Source: Andalucia godoyi And28 (lineage: Eukaryota; Protista; Jakobida). Taken from it: a stretch of 64,000 nt of DNA. Under the pieces are notes generated by a model. The model was not told the DNA's origin. It ran no database searches and saw nothing but the letters and a program-made list of their open reading frames with translations. The stretch spans positions 124,001 to 188,000 of the forward strand of contig VRVR01000049.1 of the NCBI GenBank assembly GCA_009859145.1, read 5' to 3'. Shown piece by piece: positions 1 to 10,728 of the stretch (its first letter is position 1; each line of letters begins with the position of its first letter). The position numbers and the translations under genes were made by a program.

Positions 1-1
1 C

Positions 2-2539
2 ACGGAGGGAACAGGGTTCGCCATTGTCATTCGTACTGGAGACGAAACGCTGATTGGAAGAATTGCAGGATTGGCGAGCACAGCTACCACGGAGATGACG
101 CCCCTGCGCAGAGAGATCATCTACTTTACCAAGCTGACGTCTGCACTGGCCATTTCGCTTGGAGTGCTCTTTTTTGTGCTCAGTCTAGTGCTCGGAAATT
201 CCTTTCTTCAAGCCGTCATCTACGGCATCGGTTTACTGGTGTCCCTCGTTCCAGAAGGACTGCTTCCAACACTCACGGTCGCTCTGACCCTCACTGCTTC
301 CAAAATGGCTCAGAAAAAGGTTCTTGTGAAGAACTTGGAGTCTGTGGAGACCTTGGGATCCACAACCACAATTTGCAGTGACAAGACAGGAACGCTCACG
401 CAAAATCGCATGACGGTATCGCATCTCTGGTACAATCGTCAGATCGTCACTTCTGATCCTGTTGTTTCGGAAGGCTCGTTTGATCCGTTTGAACCGTCCT
501 TCCAGCATCTGCTTCGCACTTGCATCATCTGCAACAAGGCCGAGTTTGAGCCGGTACCCGCGGGAGCTACTGCAGATCCGAACGTTTTGAATCGCAAGAC
601 GGTAGGCGATGCATCGGAATCTGCGCTCATCAAATTTGGACAACCGCTGTGCCCAATCTCGAGGCTGAGAAGCGATTTTGTGAAAATTGCCGAGCTTCCT
701 TTTAATTCGACAAACAAGTTCCAGATTTCGATCCATCGCCAGCCTGCGTATGTTCGAGATGGAATTGTTCTTCAGAGCAGCAGTTCCAAAAAGGTGGTGA
801 TTGCTGTTGGGTCATCTCGTGTGCAAGATGTCTCAGCGAACGAAGACGCCAGCTCCAGCTCCAACGTGGACACCAACACAATCGAACCGACCGTGAACAA
901 TATGCCTCGTCTGTTGGTCATGAAGGGCGCTCCGGAGCGGGTTCTGGATCGATGCTCCACGTACCTGGACAAACGAGGGCAGAAGGCTCCTGTTGACGAT
1001 GCCTTTCGCGCGGCGTTTGACAAAGCCTGCAATGATCTAATGTCGTTAGGAGAGCGAGTGCTGGGGTTCGCGGAAGCGGAGCTGGACCCACAGAAGTTTC
1101 CCCCTTCGTTTGACAGCCAGTACGACTTTGAACACGAAGACAGACATCCAGGATTCCATGCCATGACTTTCGTGGGCTTGGTATCGCTAATTGATCCTCC
1201 TCGTCTGGCAGTCCCAGAGGCGGTGGCGAAGTGCCGTTCTGCGGGAATCCGTGTGATCATGGTTACCGGAGATCATCCAAGCACGGCTAAAGCGATTGCC
1301 CGGAATGTGGGCATCGTCACTGCCAAGACAGACGACGAAGTGGCGCTGGAAAACAATATATCGATCAAAGATCTACGCACAACAAGAGATGATTTGTGGC
1401 CGCAGGTTCGTGCGTGTGTCATTCACGGACAAGAAATCCCCGAACTCTCCGAGCACGAGTGGGAGTTTATTCTGTCCAGACCCGAGATTGTTTTTGCCCG
1501 AACCTCGCCGCAGATGAAACTGCAGATTGTCGAGCATTGCCAGAATCGAGGCGAGGTTGTCGCCGTAACGGGCGATGGAGTGAATGATTCTCCAGCCTTG
1601 AAGAAAGCAGACATTGGCATCGCGATGGGCATCACGGGTAGCGACGTTGCAAAAGAGGCTGCTGACATGCTCTTGCTGGATGACAACTTCGCTTCCATCG
1701 TTGCAGGTGTGGAGGAAGGAAGGCTCATCTTTGACAACATCAAAAAGTGCATTGCATACATGCTGGTTGTGAACATCCCTGAAGTTGTGCCGTTCATCTT
1801 TTTCTCGCTCTTCGGTTTTCCGCTTGCCCTTTCTGTCATCCTTGTGCTGCTCCTGTCCCTTGGTACCGACATGCTACCGGCCATTGCGCTGGCGTACGAA
1901 GAACCTGAACAGGACATTATGAACCGAAAGCCACGAAACGCACTAACAGATCGCATGGTGACTTCGCGTCTCATTTCATTGTCGTACCTCCAGTTGGGTA
2001 TCATGGAGGCTTTTGCAGGAATGCTTGTGTTCTTCATTGCACTCGGGGATCTGGGAATCCCTCCGGGCGAGATACCTGGAGCTGGCCGCAGCTTTTTCAA
2101 GGAAGGAGCGGATGATCTCATCATTCAGGGAAGGCCATGGACTGGCGACGAGCAGCTGGAAGCTCTCCGCTATGCACAAACTGCATATTTCTGTAACATC
2201 GTCGTCATTCAAATCTTCAATCTCTTAATGCTGCGCGGTCGATTCATGTCATTTTTTGCACAAGGATTTTCCAACTCGTTCTTGAATTTCGCAATCATCT
2301 TTGAGTTTTTCCTGGCCGTTGCGATCACGTACATTCCAATCTTCCACACCATCTTCCAAACCCGCGCCATTCCTTTCCGGCTTTGGCTTCCGGGTCTTGC
2401 ATTTGCCGCGATTCTTTTCACGTACGGCGAGATTCGCAAATGGGTCCTTCGCCGGGAGTTTGCTGCCCAGTCCAAAGGCGACCTTTCTAACGGGAAACAG
2501 CGATTGTCCTCTTGGCTTTCCCAGAAATGGACCTACTGA
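2..2539 (+). CDS. P-type ATPase, P2C (Na+/K+ or H+/K+ alpha-like); 5' partial
   Basis: DKTGTLTQNRM phosphorylation motif, VPEGLL, KGAPE, MVTGDHPSTA, TGDGVNDSPALKKADIG. The frame is open from base 2 (TEGTGFAIVIRTGD...), so the true start lies upstream of the window. Confidence 0.93.
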   Translation, partial: TEGTGFAIVIRTGDETLIGRIAGLASTATTEMTPLRREIIYFTKLTSALAISLGVLFFVLSLVLGNSFLQAVIYGIGLLVSLVPEGLLPTLTVALTLTASKMAQKKVLVKNLESVETLGSTTTICSDKTGTLTQNRMTVSHLWYNRQIVTSDPVVSEGSFDPFEPSFQHLLRTCIICNKAEFEPVPAGATADPNVLNRKTVGDASESALIKFGQPLCPISRLRSDFVKIAELPFNSTNKFQISIHRQPAYVRDGIVLQSSSSKKVVIAVGSSRVQDVSANEDASSSSNVDTNTIEPTVNNMPRLLVMKGAPERVLDRCSTYLDKRGQKAPVDDAFRAAFDKACNDLMSLGERVLGFAEAELDPQKFPPSFDSQYDFEHEDRHPGFHAMTFVGLVSLIDPPRLAVPEAVAKCRSAGIRVIMVTGDHPSTAKAIARNVGIVTAKTDDEVALENNISIKDLRTTRDDLWPQVRACVIHGQEIPELSEHEWEFILSRPEIVFARTSPQMKLQIVEHCQNRGEVVAVTGDGVNDSPALKKADIGIAMGITGSDVAKEAADMLLLDDNFASIVAGVEEGRLIFDNIKKCIAYMLVVNIPEVVPFIFFSLFGFPLALSVILVLLLSLGTDMLPAIALAYEEPEQDIMNRKPRNALTDRMVTSRLISLSYLQLGIMEAFAGMLVFFIALGDLGIPPGEIPGAGRSFFKEGADDLIIQGRPWTGDEQLEALRYAQTAYFCNIVVIQIFNLLMLRGRFMSFFAQGFSNSFLNFAIIFEFFLAVAITYIPIFHTIFQTRAIPFRLWLPGLAFAAILFTYGEIRKWVLRREFAAQSKGDLSNGKQRLSSWLSQKWTY

Positions 2540-2564
2540 GCCCTCCTTGAAAATCAAGACGCCA

Positions 2565-2628
2565 GAAGGAAGAAAGGAAGAAAGGAAGAAAGGAAGAAAG
2601 GAAGAAAGGAATAAAGGAATAAAGGAAA
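2565..2628 (+). repeat. (GAAAGGAA)n purine-rich tandem repeat
   Basis: Visible tandem copies between the convergent ATPase and malic enzyme 3' ends. Confidence 0.85.
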
Positions 2629-2722
2629 CAAAAAAAAAGCGTATAATGGATTTCATATATAAACGTATGTATACAGCATTGCAGAGAGAAGAGATCCTTC
2701 ATATAGGAAGAGAAAGCCCCCA

Positions 2723-4591
2723 TTAGCCCAACGATCTCGAATGGTCACCGTACTCTCCAATGATTGCGGGGTACTTTGGTTCCCAGCGATACTCGTCAAT
2801 AAGGTCGTCGATTGTCTTGCCCTCGGGAATCTTCACTCGAGCGACACCATCTTCGATCGCTTGCTTCACCACATTGATTGCAACGATACGAGAAACATCA
2901 CGTATATTGGAAATGCGCGGAAAGATAATTCCTCTTTCCAAATCCTCCTTGGGAACCGTTTCGACAAGAGTCAGTGCTGCACGATAAAACATCTCGTCTG
3001 TGACGCGCGTTGCTTTGGCCACGATTGCGCCAACTCCAAGGCCTGGGAAGATGTACATGTTGTTTCCTTGGTTTGGGAAGCAAACCTGTCCATTCGCCAG
3101 CGTAACCTTGTCGAAGGGCGAGCCCGACGCAAAGATGGCCTTTCCATTTGTCCATGAAAACGCCTGTTCGGCAGTGCACTCTGCATGGTCCGTGGGATTT
3201 GACAACGGGAAAATGATGGGACGTTCCACGTGTTTTGCCATTTCGCGGATAACTTCTTCGTTGAATGTCTGTCCGACTCCAGAAAGACCAAGAAGGATGG
3301 TGGGCTTGACTTCGCGGATAACTTCCAGCAAAGCCTTCCCGTCCACGGCATCCGGGCGTGCATACACTGCTTGTTCGGGAGTGAGACCCGACCTCACAGA
3401 CGCAAGCAAGCCGAACTTGTCCAAAATCCAGAACTGACGAGCAGCCTGCGTGTCGTTGATTGTCATCGAAACGCTATTCTGCGCTTTTCCGCCACCACCG
3501 CCATTCTGCTGGTGCTTCGCAGTCTTGTTCGCTCGAGCAGCCGCCAGCTGCGACGAGCGGACCATTGCAAATCGAATGGAGTCCACAACCCCAAGCCCAG
3601 CCGATCCAGCACCCAAACAGACAATTCTCTGGTTCGGGAGATCATCCGGGCCCAGACCTTGTGCACGCAATGCGTTCAAGAGACCACCCACCGTCATTGC
3701 TCCCGTTCCCTGGATATCATCATTGAAGCAGAGATGGGAGCTTCTGTAATTCTCAAGAAGCGTGCGCGCCACACCGTTTGCAAAGTCCTCGAACTGCACT
3801 AGCACATTCGGCCAGCGCTCGCGAACTGCAAGCATAAACGACTGAATCAGCTCAAAGTACTTTGCTCCCGTTTCTCTCCGTTCAGGCAATCCAAGATATA
3901 AAGGATCTGCAAGCAGCTCTGCGTTATTCGTCCCCGCATCGAGCGAGACAGGAAGCACCCTCGACGGGGGAACACCTCCGCTTGCAACGTACAAGGCCAG
4001 TTTTCCACAGGGGATCGCATGACCGCAGATTCCAAGATCTCCAAGGCCCAGGATCCGCGATCCATCCGTCACGACGATCACATCTACTCTTTCCGACGGC
4101 CAGTTCCAGACCATGGCACGCATGTCTTCCATATGTCGATCCTCTAGCGAAAAGAACATTCCTCGAGGTCTTCGAAACACTTGGGAAAACGATCGAGACG
4201 CGAGTCCGACCGTCGGAGTGTACACAATCGGTGCCATTTGCTCAAACCCATCAATCAACAACTTGTAGAACAGTGTTTCATTACGGTCCTGCAGTGCTGT
4301 CAAAAACTCCCACTTTGCAAGCGGCGACTCGATCTTCTGAAACGCCTGCATAAATCGACGTACTTGCAACTCTACAGAAATGTGACGAGGCGGCAGTAAC
4401 CCGCGAATTCCAAGACGATCGCGCTCGGCGAGTGGAAAGGAAGTTCCCTTGTTCAGAAGAGGGTCTTGGATGATCTCAGACCCGTACTTTTCAGTCCGCA
4501 CAAAACCATGCGAATAACGAAGAAACGACGGCTGCGAAAGAACAGATCCCGAGCGACGAGCCATTGATGAGCCAGCCAGCACACGAAACAT
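2723..4591 (-). CDS. Malic enzyme (NAD(P)-dependent), probably mitochondrial
   Basis: NKGTSF, PIVYTPTVG, VVTDGSRILGLGDLG, FEDF, FNDDIQGT, GAGSAG, PLSNPT, NQGNNMYIFPG. Start placed at MFRVLAGSS (presequence-like); the longer ORF runs through T-rich low-complexity DNA. Confidence 0.93.
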   Translation of the reverse strand: MFRVLAGSSMARRSGSVLSQPSFLRYSHGFVRTEKYGSEIIQDPLLNKGTSFPLAERDRLGIRGLLPPRHISVELQVRRFMQAFQKIESPLAKWEFLTALQDRNETLFYKLLIDGFEQMAPIVYTPTVGLASRSFSQVFRRPRGMFFSLEDRHMEDMRAMVWNWPSERVDVIVVTDGSRILGLGDLGICGHAIPCGKLALYVASGGVPPSRVLPVSLDAGTNNAELLADPLYLGLPERRETGAKYFELIQSFMLAVRERWPNVLVQFEDFANGVARTLLENYRSSHLCFNDDIQGTGAMTVGGLLNALRAQGLGPDDLPNQRIVCLGAGSAGLGVVDSIRFAMVRSSQLAAARANKTAKHQQNGGGGGKAQNSVSMTINDTQAARQFWILDKFGLLASVRSGLTPEQAVYARPDAVDGKALLEVIREVKPTILLGLSGVGQTFNEEVIREMAKHVERPIIFPLSNPTDHAECTAEQAFSWTNGKAIFASGSPFDKVTLANGQVCFPNQGNNMYIFPGLGVGAIVAKATRVTDEMFYRAALTLVETVPKEDLERGIIFPRISNIRDVSRIVAINVVKQAIEDGVARVKIPEGKTIDDLIDEYRWEPKYPAIIGEYGDHSRSLG

Positions 4592-4947
4592 TTTTCCTTC
4601 TCTGACTTCCAGCAACCGCAAACAAAATAGACAATACACAAAAACTAAAACCAAAACCAAAACTAAAAAAGAACCAAAACAAAAACGAGAAGAAGGAATA
4701 TATATGTTAAATAATAAAAACCGTGAAAAAAACAAAATAAAGAAAAGCAAAGGAGAGAGAAATGCTGGAGAACCAGTAGAGCTGGATATAGTCCGGTGAC
4801 TGGTCGTTGGCTCGTTGGGGTTCGTTGCGGACCGCAGTCGTTTTATTCGGCCGCATGTACAGACGCATTGATGCAACTTGCAAGTGTACGGCGAAGAAAG
4901 AAGAAGAAGAGACAGATAGGCAGATATACAGAGAAAGAAAGAAAGAA

Positions 4948-4948
4948 A

Positions 4949-5008
<60 letters not shown>
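4948..5008 (+). repeat. (AG)n microsatellite
   Basis: Direct reading of the sequence. Confidence 0.95.
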
Positions 5009-5011
<3 letters not shown>

Positions 5012-5012
<1 letters not shown>

Positions 5013-6010
5013 TACTTCTTGGTCATGGGCTGTGCAGGAGGGATTCCAAACATAACCTTGACCGAGTCGTAGATTCCGAACTGGAGGCAGGTGAGACCGG
5101 CGACCATGAGGATACGTGCACCGAGACCGAGCCAGAGAGCGCTGAACGGCGTTTCCTTGACAACGATCTTGAGTGCGTCCATCACACCTCCGTCGGTCTT
5201 GACCTTGTTGACCTTGGTCAAGATCGTGTCTGCTGGGTGCGAAATGACTGCTGCAACTGCTCCGGAAATAAGACCTCCTCCAAGGGAGACGGAAACCTGC
5301 TGTGCCTTTGTATACGAGTTCTTGTCCTTGTTCAAGGTCTTGTAAATTGCCTCGACTGCACGCTCAAACACGACGAACTTTGCCATGGTGTACGGCACCT
5401 GCTTGAGGAGGATTGGCGGAAGACCCTTGTAGAGCGCAACAACACCCTCATTGGCAACGATCTTGCCAACTCCATCGGCAAGACCCTTGGCAAACGTCGG
5501 GTCAGAAACCATGCGGATACGGGTGGCCTCCATAGGGCACAGCGCGAGATCTGCAATCGTCTCGGCCATCGCAGAGGACGCAAGGAAGATCGACGTGCGG
5601 TAGTCCACAGCGGTGTTCCAGCCCACCATGTTGATGAACATGGCCTTGAACGCCTCATAGAATCCAAACTTGAATGCTCCCTGTGCTGCATAGCCAACAG
5701 CAGTCGGGCCCAAACCAGTCAACAGAGTCATCGCACCTTCCTCGGCAGGAATGCGCTTGAATCCGTCAATCATGCCCTTGTACTTTCCAGGAAACAGCTG
5801 CAGACGTGTCTTCACGACGTCCACAGGCACAACGGCCGCGTGCGTGATCGAGCAGCACAATGCACCTCCAAGTGCATAGCGAAGGTACAGACCAACGCCA
5901 GAAGGAGCTTCCTTCTTTGCACCAGCAGCGGCTCCAGCTGCAGACGCATCGGCGGCGTACAGCGTCGGTGCCTTGAACAGGGAAAGGATCGGGGTAGACG
6001 GAACAATCAT
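5012..6010 (-). CDS. Mitochondrial phosphate carrier (SLC25A3/MIR1 family)
   Basis: CCSITH..VPVDVVKTRLQ, GYAAQGAFKFGFYE, CPMEATRIRM, KQVPYTMAKF, SHPADT; three carrier repeats. Start chosen at MIVPSTP. Confidence 0.92.
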
Positions 6011-6686
6011 CGTGAGGATTGGAAAGTCAAAATTCAGAGAACTCCAAGAAACCAGAAAAAGAAAAGGAAGAAAAGAAAAGAAAAAAATGAAACGAAAAAG
6101 AAATTTTTTAAAAATAAAAACCAATAGAAGAATGAAGATGAAAGATGAAGTCATCAAAATGGAGAAGGAATCTGTTGGGCTGAGAGGAGAGTGTGGGTTG
6201 GTTCGCGGGAGTTGCTGGAGACACGGAGTTTGGCGATTTTCTCTGCAGATGTAGCGTTCCGCGAAACAAAGCGCTACACTCGATGCATGGATAAGTTTTT
6301 GGGAAATGGGCGGCGACATTTCACTACTGCCGCTGGCCGCCATTTGTGTGCTGTTGTCATCTACGCCTGCTGTACACTGCATCAATGCTAATTAGTTCTA
6401 ATTGGTACTATTGCAGCGTCTGCCCTGCCAGTTCAATAGGCTGGGAAGGGCAAAAAGAAAATACAATGGGAGTTTCCAGCGTGATGCTTGGGAATTCCAC
6501 ACGACTTGTTCGCAGTTCCAGAAGAGCAAAAGTCGTGTCTCCGATGAAAAACATTTCTTTCGTTCAGTCTTGTTTTTTCAATTGCCATTCATCGTTTTCA
6601 AAGGTTTTCAAAGTGTTTCAAAGTGTTTCATCTTTTTCATATTCTTTCTCCTAAATCATTGTCTTTTTTTTTGGGTTGTTGCAAGA

Positions 6687-8813
6687 ATGCGCGCGAATAC
6701 ACTTGCATTGGTGTTCGCAGTGGTTTTGGCTGTTTATGCGGCCGCAGCAAGCGCAAAGTTGGCGCTGGCGGTCAAGAAAGTCCCGTTTCGGTTCAGCAAG
6801 CTGTATCGAGCACACCGTGATTCGACGGTGCACTTCACGATTGTCATGAAGATGCCTGCAGGAGCCATGGAGTCGCTTGATGCACTGTACCATGCAGTAT
6901 CCGATCCATCGTCTGCTCGTTTTGGTCAGTTTGCGACCAGTTCAGAGATCCTGGACATCACTTCATTGCCATCGACTGCCTATGACCAGGTTGTGAACTG
7001 GGTCACGTCGTCTGGTGCACAGGCAATGCGTGTCGGAGATCGAGTCGACGTGAAAGCATCGGTGGCGCAGATCGAATCGCTCATGAACACGGAAATGTAT
7101 GTCTATTCCCATGCCGTGGTGCGCACGCAGCGTATCCGCATCTTTGGCGAGGCGCATGTCCCTGATGCAGTTCACGAGCATATCAACTTTATTGCAGGGC
7201 TTTCTGAATTCCTTGTCGATACCAAGTACAAGGGTAAGAGGGGCAGTTCGGATGCAGCAGATATTCTCGTCACCCCGCAAGTTCTCAAGGAGTACTATGC
7301 AATCCCCGACGATGCAAAGGCAGAGGCAGATGGCAATGGAAACGGAATTGCCGCGTTCGGCGACTTTTATGTAGACGATGCTCTTCAAACATTCGATCGC
7401 ACGTACAATCTGCAGTACTACGCATTGCAGGTTACGGGATCTTCGTGCCTGCCGAACTGCGACTCTGTGGAGTCCGACTTGGACGTGCAGTACATTCAAG
7501 CCGTTGCGCAGTCACCGTACACGGAGTTCAATGAACAAGGAGGAAACGGATGGATCCTCGAATGGTCAAACTTCATCTTGGACAAGCAGACGGCCTTCGA
7601 AAAGGGCTCTGCGGATCACCATGCGTGGATTCACTCCATCTCTTACGGCTGGTCCGAGCAACTCCAGTGCGAGATTGCGTCCGATGTGTGCAACCAAATG
7701 GGATACTCTTCGCAGCAATATGTCGCGGCCGTGAACGCGAATCTTGCAAAGATTGGTGCAATGGGTCTCACCGTTCTTGTGTCTTCCGGTGACGACGGTG
7801 CCATTTCGTATTACGGGACCGGTGTCGGAAACGTTCCTCTTGATGCTCAGCGCTACTGCCCTATTGGTGGCTGCCAGCAGGTATCCTCGCAATGCATGCA
7901 GGTTATGATCGTTGACCACACCAATAACAAGCAGTGCAACTTTCCCGCAGCGCTTGGCTCTGATGAGTGCCAGAACGCTCTTCAGCAGCAAACGGTCGTG
8001 GATGCATTCAACAACTGGATCCAATCTGGACAAACTTCTTCCGGTTGCACGGTTGGCATCGACCAGGACCGCAGAAAGAACTATTTCTTGTACTCGGACT
8101 GCACTTGCGACTTGCTGAATTACAACAGTGACGTTGTCCAGTACACATACGACCCGTCTGTCAAAGGTATCTTCCCTGATTTCCCCACATCGTCTCCATA
8201 TGTTTTATCTGTCGGAGCGTCCATGTTTATTGGAGGACAGGAAATTGAAGGTGTCGCATCCCTTGGGACTGACAAGAATTCGAAGATTACTGGTGGTGGC
8301 GGATTCAGCGATGTGGCAGCCACGCCGTCTTATCAGCAGGCGGCCGTTTCCAGCTATCTTTCCAGCTTCGCATCACAGCTTCCTCCCCAAGCGCAGTTCA
8401 ATGCCAACGGTCGTGGATATCCGGACATTTCGTTCCTGGGCCACAACTACAATGTTGAGATTTCCGAGAACAATGCAGCCGAGTGCCCGTGCTCGCTGAT
8501 TGCGGTTGACGGAACGTCATGCTCGTCTCCTGCTCTTGCTGGACTGCTCACTCTCATCAATGACGAACTGCTGTCCAAGGGTCTCACTGCAATGGGCCCT
8601 CTGCAGCCGCTGTTGTATCAAGCACCTGCCAATGTTTGGAAGCCATTTACTCCGGGCGACAACAAGTGCAACCGCGCAGCATGCTCCACTCTTGGATATG
8701 TCAGCGCATCTGCCGGTCAGTGGGATCCAGCCAAGGGTCTCGGAACTCCGATTTTCCCCGTTCTCAGGGATTATATCGTCCAAAAGAAGTCCGAGGCGGC
8801 AAAAAAACAGTAG
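6687..8813 (+). CDS. Secreted sedolisin/tripeptidyl-peptidase (peptidase S53) with prodomain
   Basis: Signal peptide MRANTLALVFAVVLAVYAAA, prodomain (VSDPSSARFGQF), ESDLDVQY, SISYG, SSGDDGA, FPTSSPYVLSVGA, GRGYPDIS, DGTSCSSP, WDPAKGLGTP. Confidence 0.92.
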   Translation: MRANTLALVFAVVLAVYAAAASAKLALAVKKVPFRFSKLYRAHRDSTVHFTIVMKMPAGAMESLDALYHAVSDPSSARFGQFATSSEILDITSLPSTAYDQVVNWVTSSGAQAMRVGDRVDVKASVAQIESLMNTEMYVYSHAVVRTQRIRIFGEAHVPDAVHEHINFIAGLSEFLVDTKYKGKRGSSDAADILVTPQVLKEYYAIPDDAKAEADGNGNGIAAFGDFYVDDALQTFDRTYNLQYYALQVTGSSCLPNCDSVESDLDVQYIQAVAQSPYTEFNEQGGNGWILEWSNFILDKQTAFEKGSADHHAWIHSISYGWSEQLQCEIASDVCNQMGYSSQQYVAAVNANLAKIGAMGLTVLVSSGDDGAISYYGTGVGNVPLDAQRYCPIGGCQQVSSQCMQVMIVDHTNNKQCNFPAALGSDECQNALQQQTVVDAFNNWIQSGQTSSGCTVGIDQDRRKNYFLYSDCTCDLLNYNSDVVQYTYDPSVKGIFPDFPTSSPYVLSVGASMFIGGQEIEGVASLGTDKNSKITGGGGFSDVAATPSYQQAAVSSYLSSFASQLPPQAQFNANGRGYPDISFLGHNYNVEISENNAAECPCSLIAVDGTSCSSPALAGLLTLINDELLSKGLTAMGPLQPLLYQAPANVWKPFTPGDNKCNRAACSTLGYVSASAGQWDPAKGLGTPIFPVLRDYIVQKKSEAAKKQ

Positions 8814-9531
8814 AGATAGGTTCTGGTATGCGAAACACGCAGTGTTGTTGTTTTTGCAGAAGAAGACCGAAGCAAAAAAAGGAAAATAAAAATAAAGATA
8901 ATAAAAGATAGACCGATTACAAGCATTCATTAAATCAAGAGCGCATCTTCGCGCACTGCATTTATTCGAAATTTCAAATATTCAAATAAATAAATAAATA
9001 AGATAAAAATCCAGCAGCTTCAAAAGGGCGTTGGAAAATGACACGATAAATGTTGTCGTGGCTTTTTTTCCTGATGCCACAGGGGGGAACTACGATTTGT
9101 TGTTACACCACAGTTGCCAAGTTTCATCGATGAGGACGTAACCATACGGATCGAGGGATGATGTGAGAATGGAACGATATATTAGAACAGGGTTGCTCAG
9201 GAAGAAAGAAAAGCACAGGATAGGCGGAGTCCAGACGCGAGAGAGAGAGAGAGAGAGAGAGAGACACGGGGTAGCAGCATTTCGGATCGGATCTTTTAAC
9301 CGGAAACAGCAACAATACGCATCATCATCAGCATCACCACAGCCACCACCAAGAAACCAAAACCAGGAAAAGAAAGGAAAGACAATCGACTTTAAAAGCA
9401 AATTCAACACCCATTTCAATGAAGAAAAAAAAAGGAGGAAGATAGACGCAGGGCAATCGGACTTATTATTCATACGGAATGAATGAGACGAAAACAGCAA
9501 CAACAAAATAACAACAACAACCCACGGGGAC

Positions 9532-10374
9532 TTAATCGCGTCTCGGAGAAGAGGGAGGAGATGCACGTCTTTCCTCACGATCACGGTCACGGCGGTCATC
9601 ACGATCGTCATCTCTGGGACGTCTTGAGTACGGCTCATCACGATCTCTGCGGGGGAAGCGGTCGCGATCTCCACCTCGGAAGTCACGGCGGTCTCCACCA
9701 CGGAAATCCCTGCGGTCACCTCCGCGGAAGTCACGATCACCACCACGGAAGTCTCGGTCACGAGGAGGGCGGTCGTCCAAACGCACCGTGATTTGTGCAT
9801 CACGGAACTGGGTTCCATCGCAATCGCGGATCGCCTTATCTGCATCGTCCTGGTTTCCATACACAATAGTACCGGATCCACGGCGATCACGGTCAACCTG
9901 AGCAAAGCGCACCTCGCCAAAGGTCTTGAAATGATCCTTCAAATCCTGCCACGAGACACTGGGGTTCAATCCATCAATACGCAGGCGGAATTCGGGGGCT
10001 CTGGGACGGTCGCGGTCGCCTCCACGGAAGTCACGGTCACGGTCACGATCGCCGCCACGGAAGTCGCGATCACGATCGCGGTCGCCTCCACGGAAATCAC
10101 GATCACGGTCGCGGAAGTCACGATCGCGGTCCGAGCGCTCTGGACGGTCACCACGGCCCTTTGCGAGCTCGACGTTGATAGACTGCGGTCCAAGAGTAGC
10201 GTTATTCATCTCACGAAGCGCGGCCTCAGCTGCTTCCGGTGCACTGTACTCGACAAACGCAAACGAACCCTTCAGATCAACCTGGTCGATCGGACCAAAA
10301 CGAGAGAACGCAGACTCGATATCTCCACGAGATACTTCACGGGCAATGTGGCCCACAAAAAGACGCTTCGACAT
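9532..10374 (-). CDS. SR-family splicing factor with two RRMs (SRSF4/5/6-like)
   Basis: RRM1 (RLFVGHI...GSFAFVEY) and RRM2 carrying the SWQDLKD signature; RD/RGG-rich linker and tail. Confidence 0.9.
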   Translation of the reverse strand: MSKRLFVGHIAREVSRGDIESAFSRFGPIDQVDLKGSFAFVEYSAPEAAEAALREMNNATLGPQSINVELAKGRGDRPERSDRDRDFRDRDRDFRGGDRDRDRDFRGGDRDRDRDFRGGDRDRPRAPEFRLRIDGLNPSVSWQDLKDHFKTFGEVRFAQVDRDRRGSGTIVYGNQDDADKAIRDCDGTQFRDAQITVRLDDRPPRDRDFRGGDRDFRGGDRRDFRGGDRRDFRGGDRDRFPRRDRDEPYSRRPRDDDRDDRRDRDREERRASPPSSPRRD

Positions 10375-10728
10375 TCTGTACCTAGAAGCAAATCAAGATC
10401 AAAATATTCAAAATAATAGAACAAAATTAAAAATAATAATAATAATAATAATAATGCGAACACACACGCACACACACACACACACACACGAACACTGAAG
10501 AATAAGAGCGATAAAATACAAACAGACAACAACAGCCAGGAAACCATGTGTGAGAGATCCCGTAGATCAGAGAGAGAGAGAGAGAGATCGCGTCTTGTTG
10601 GAGCGGATGTCACTGGCCCAAGAAAATGTCATCGTGACATTTCATTTTTCGCCGTTCCTCTAACATTCGGGGGGATTTCTGTTTTTTATTGGAATTATTT
10701 ACAGAAGTTGAAGCCATTCAAAGTTTTG

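Noticed and set aside
4796-6127. 443-aa plus-strand ORF
   Set aside because: Antisense shadow of the phosphate carrier running through an (AG)n tract.
6402-6686. Long N-terminal extensions in the ORF track (also 4592-4876, 6011-6385, 46636-46878, 56265-56408)
   Set aside because: They translate T- or A-rich UTR or intergenic low-complexity DNA; downstream ATGs match family N-termini or targeting peptides.
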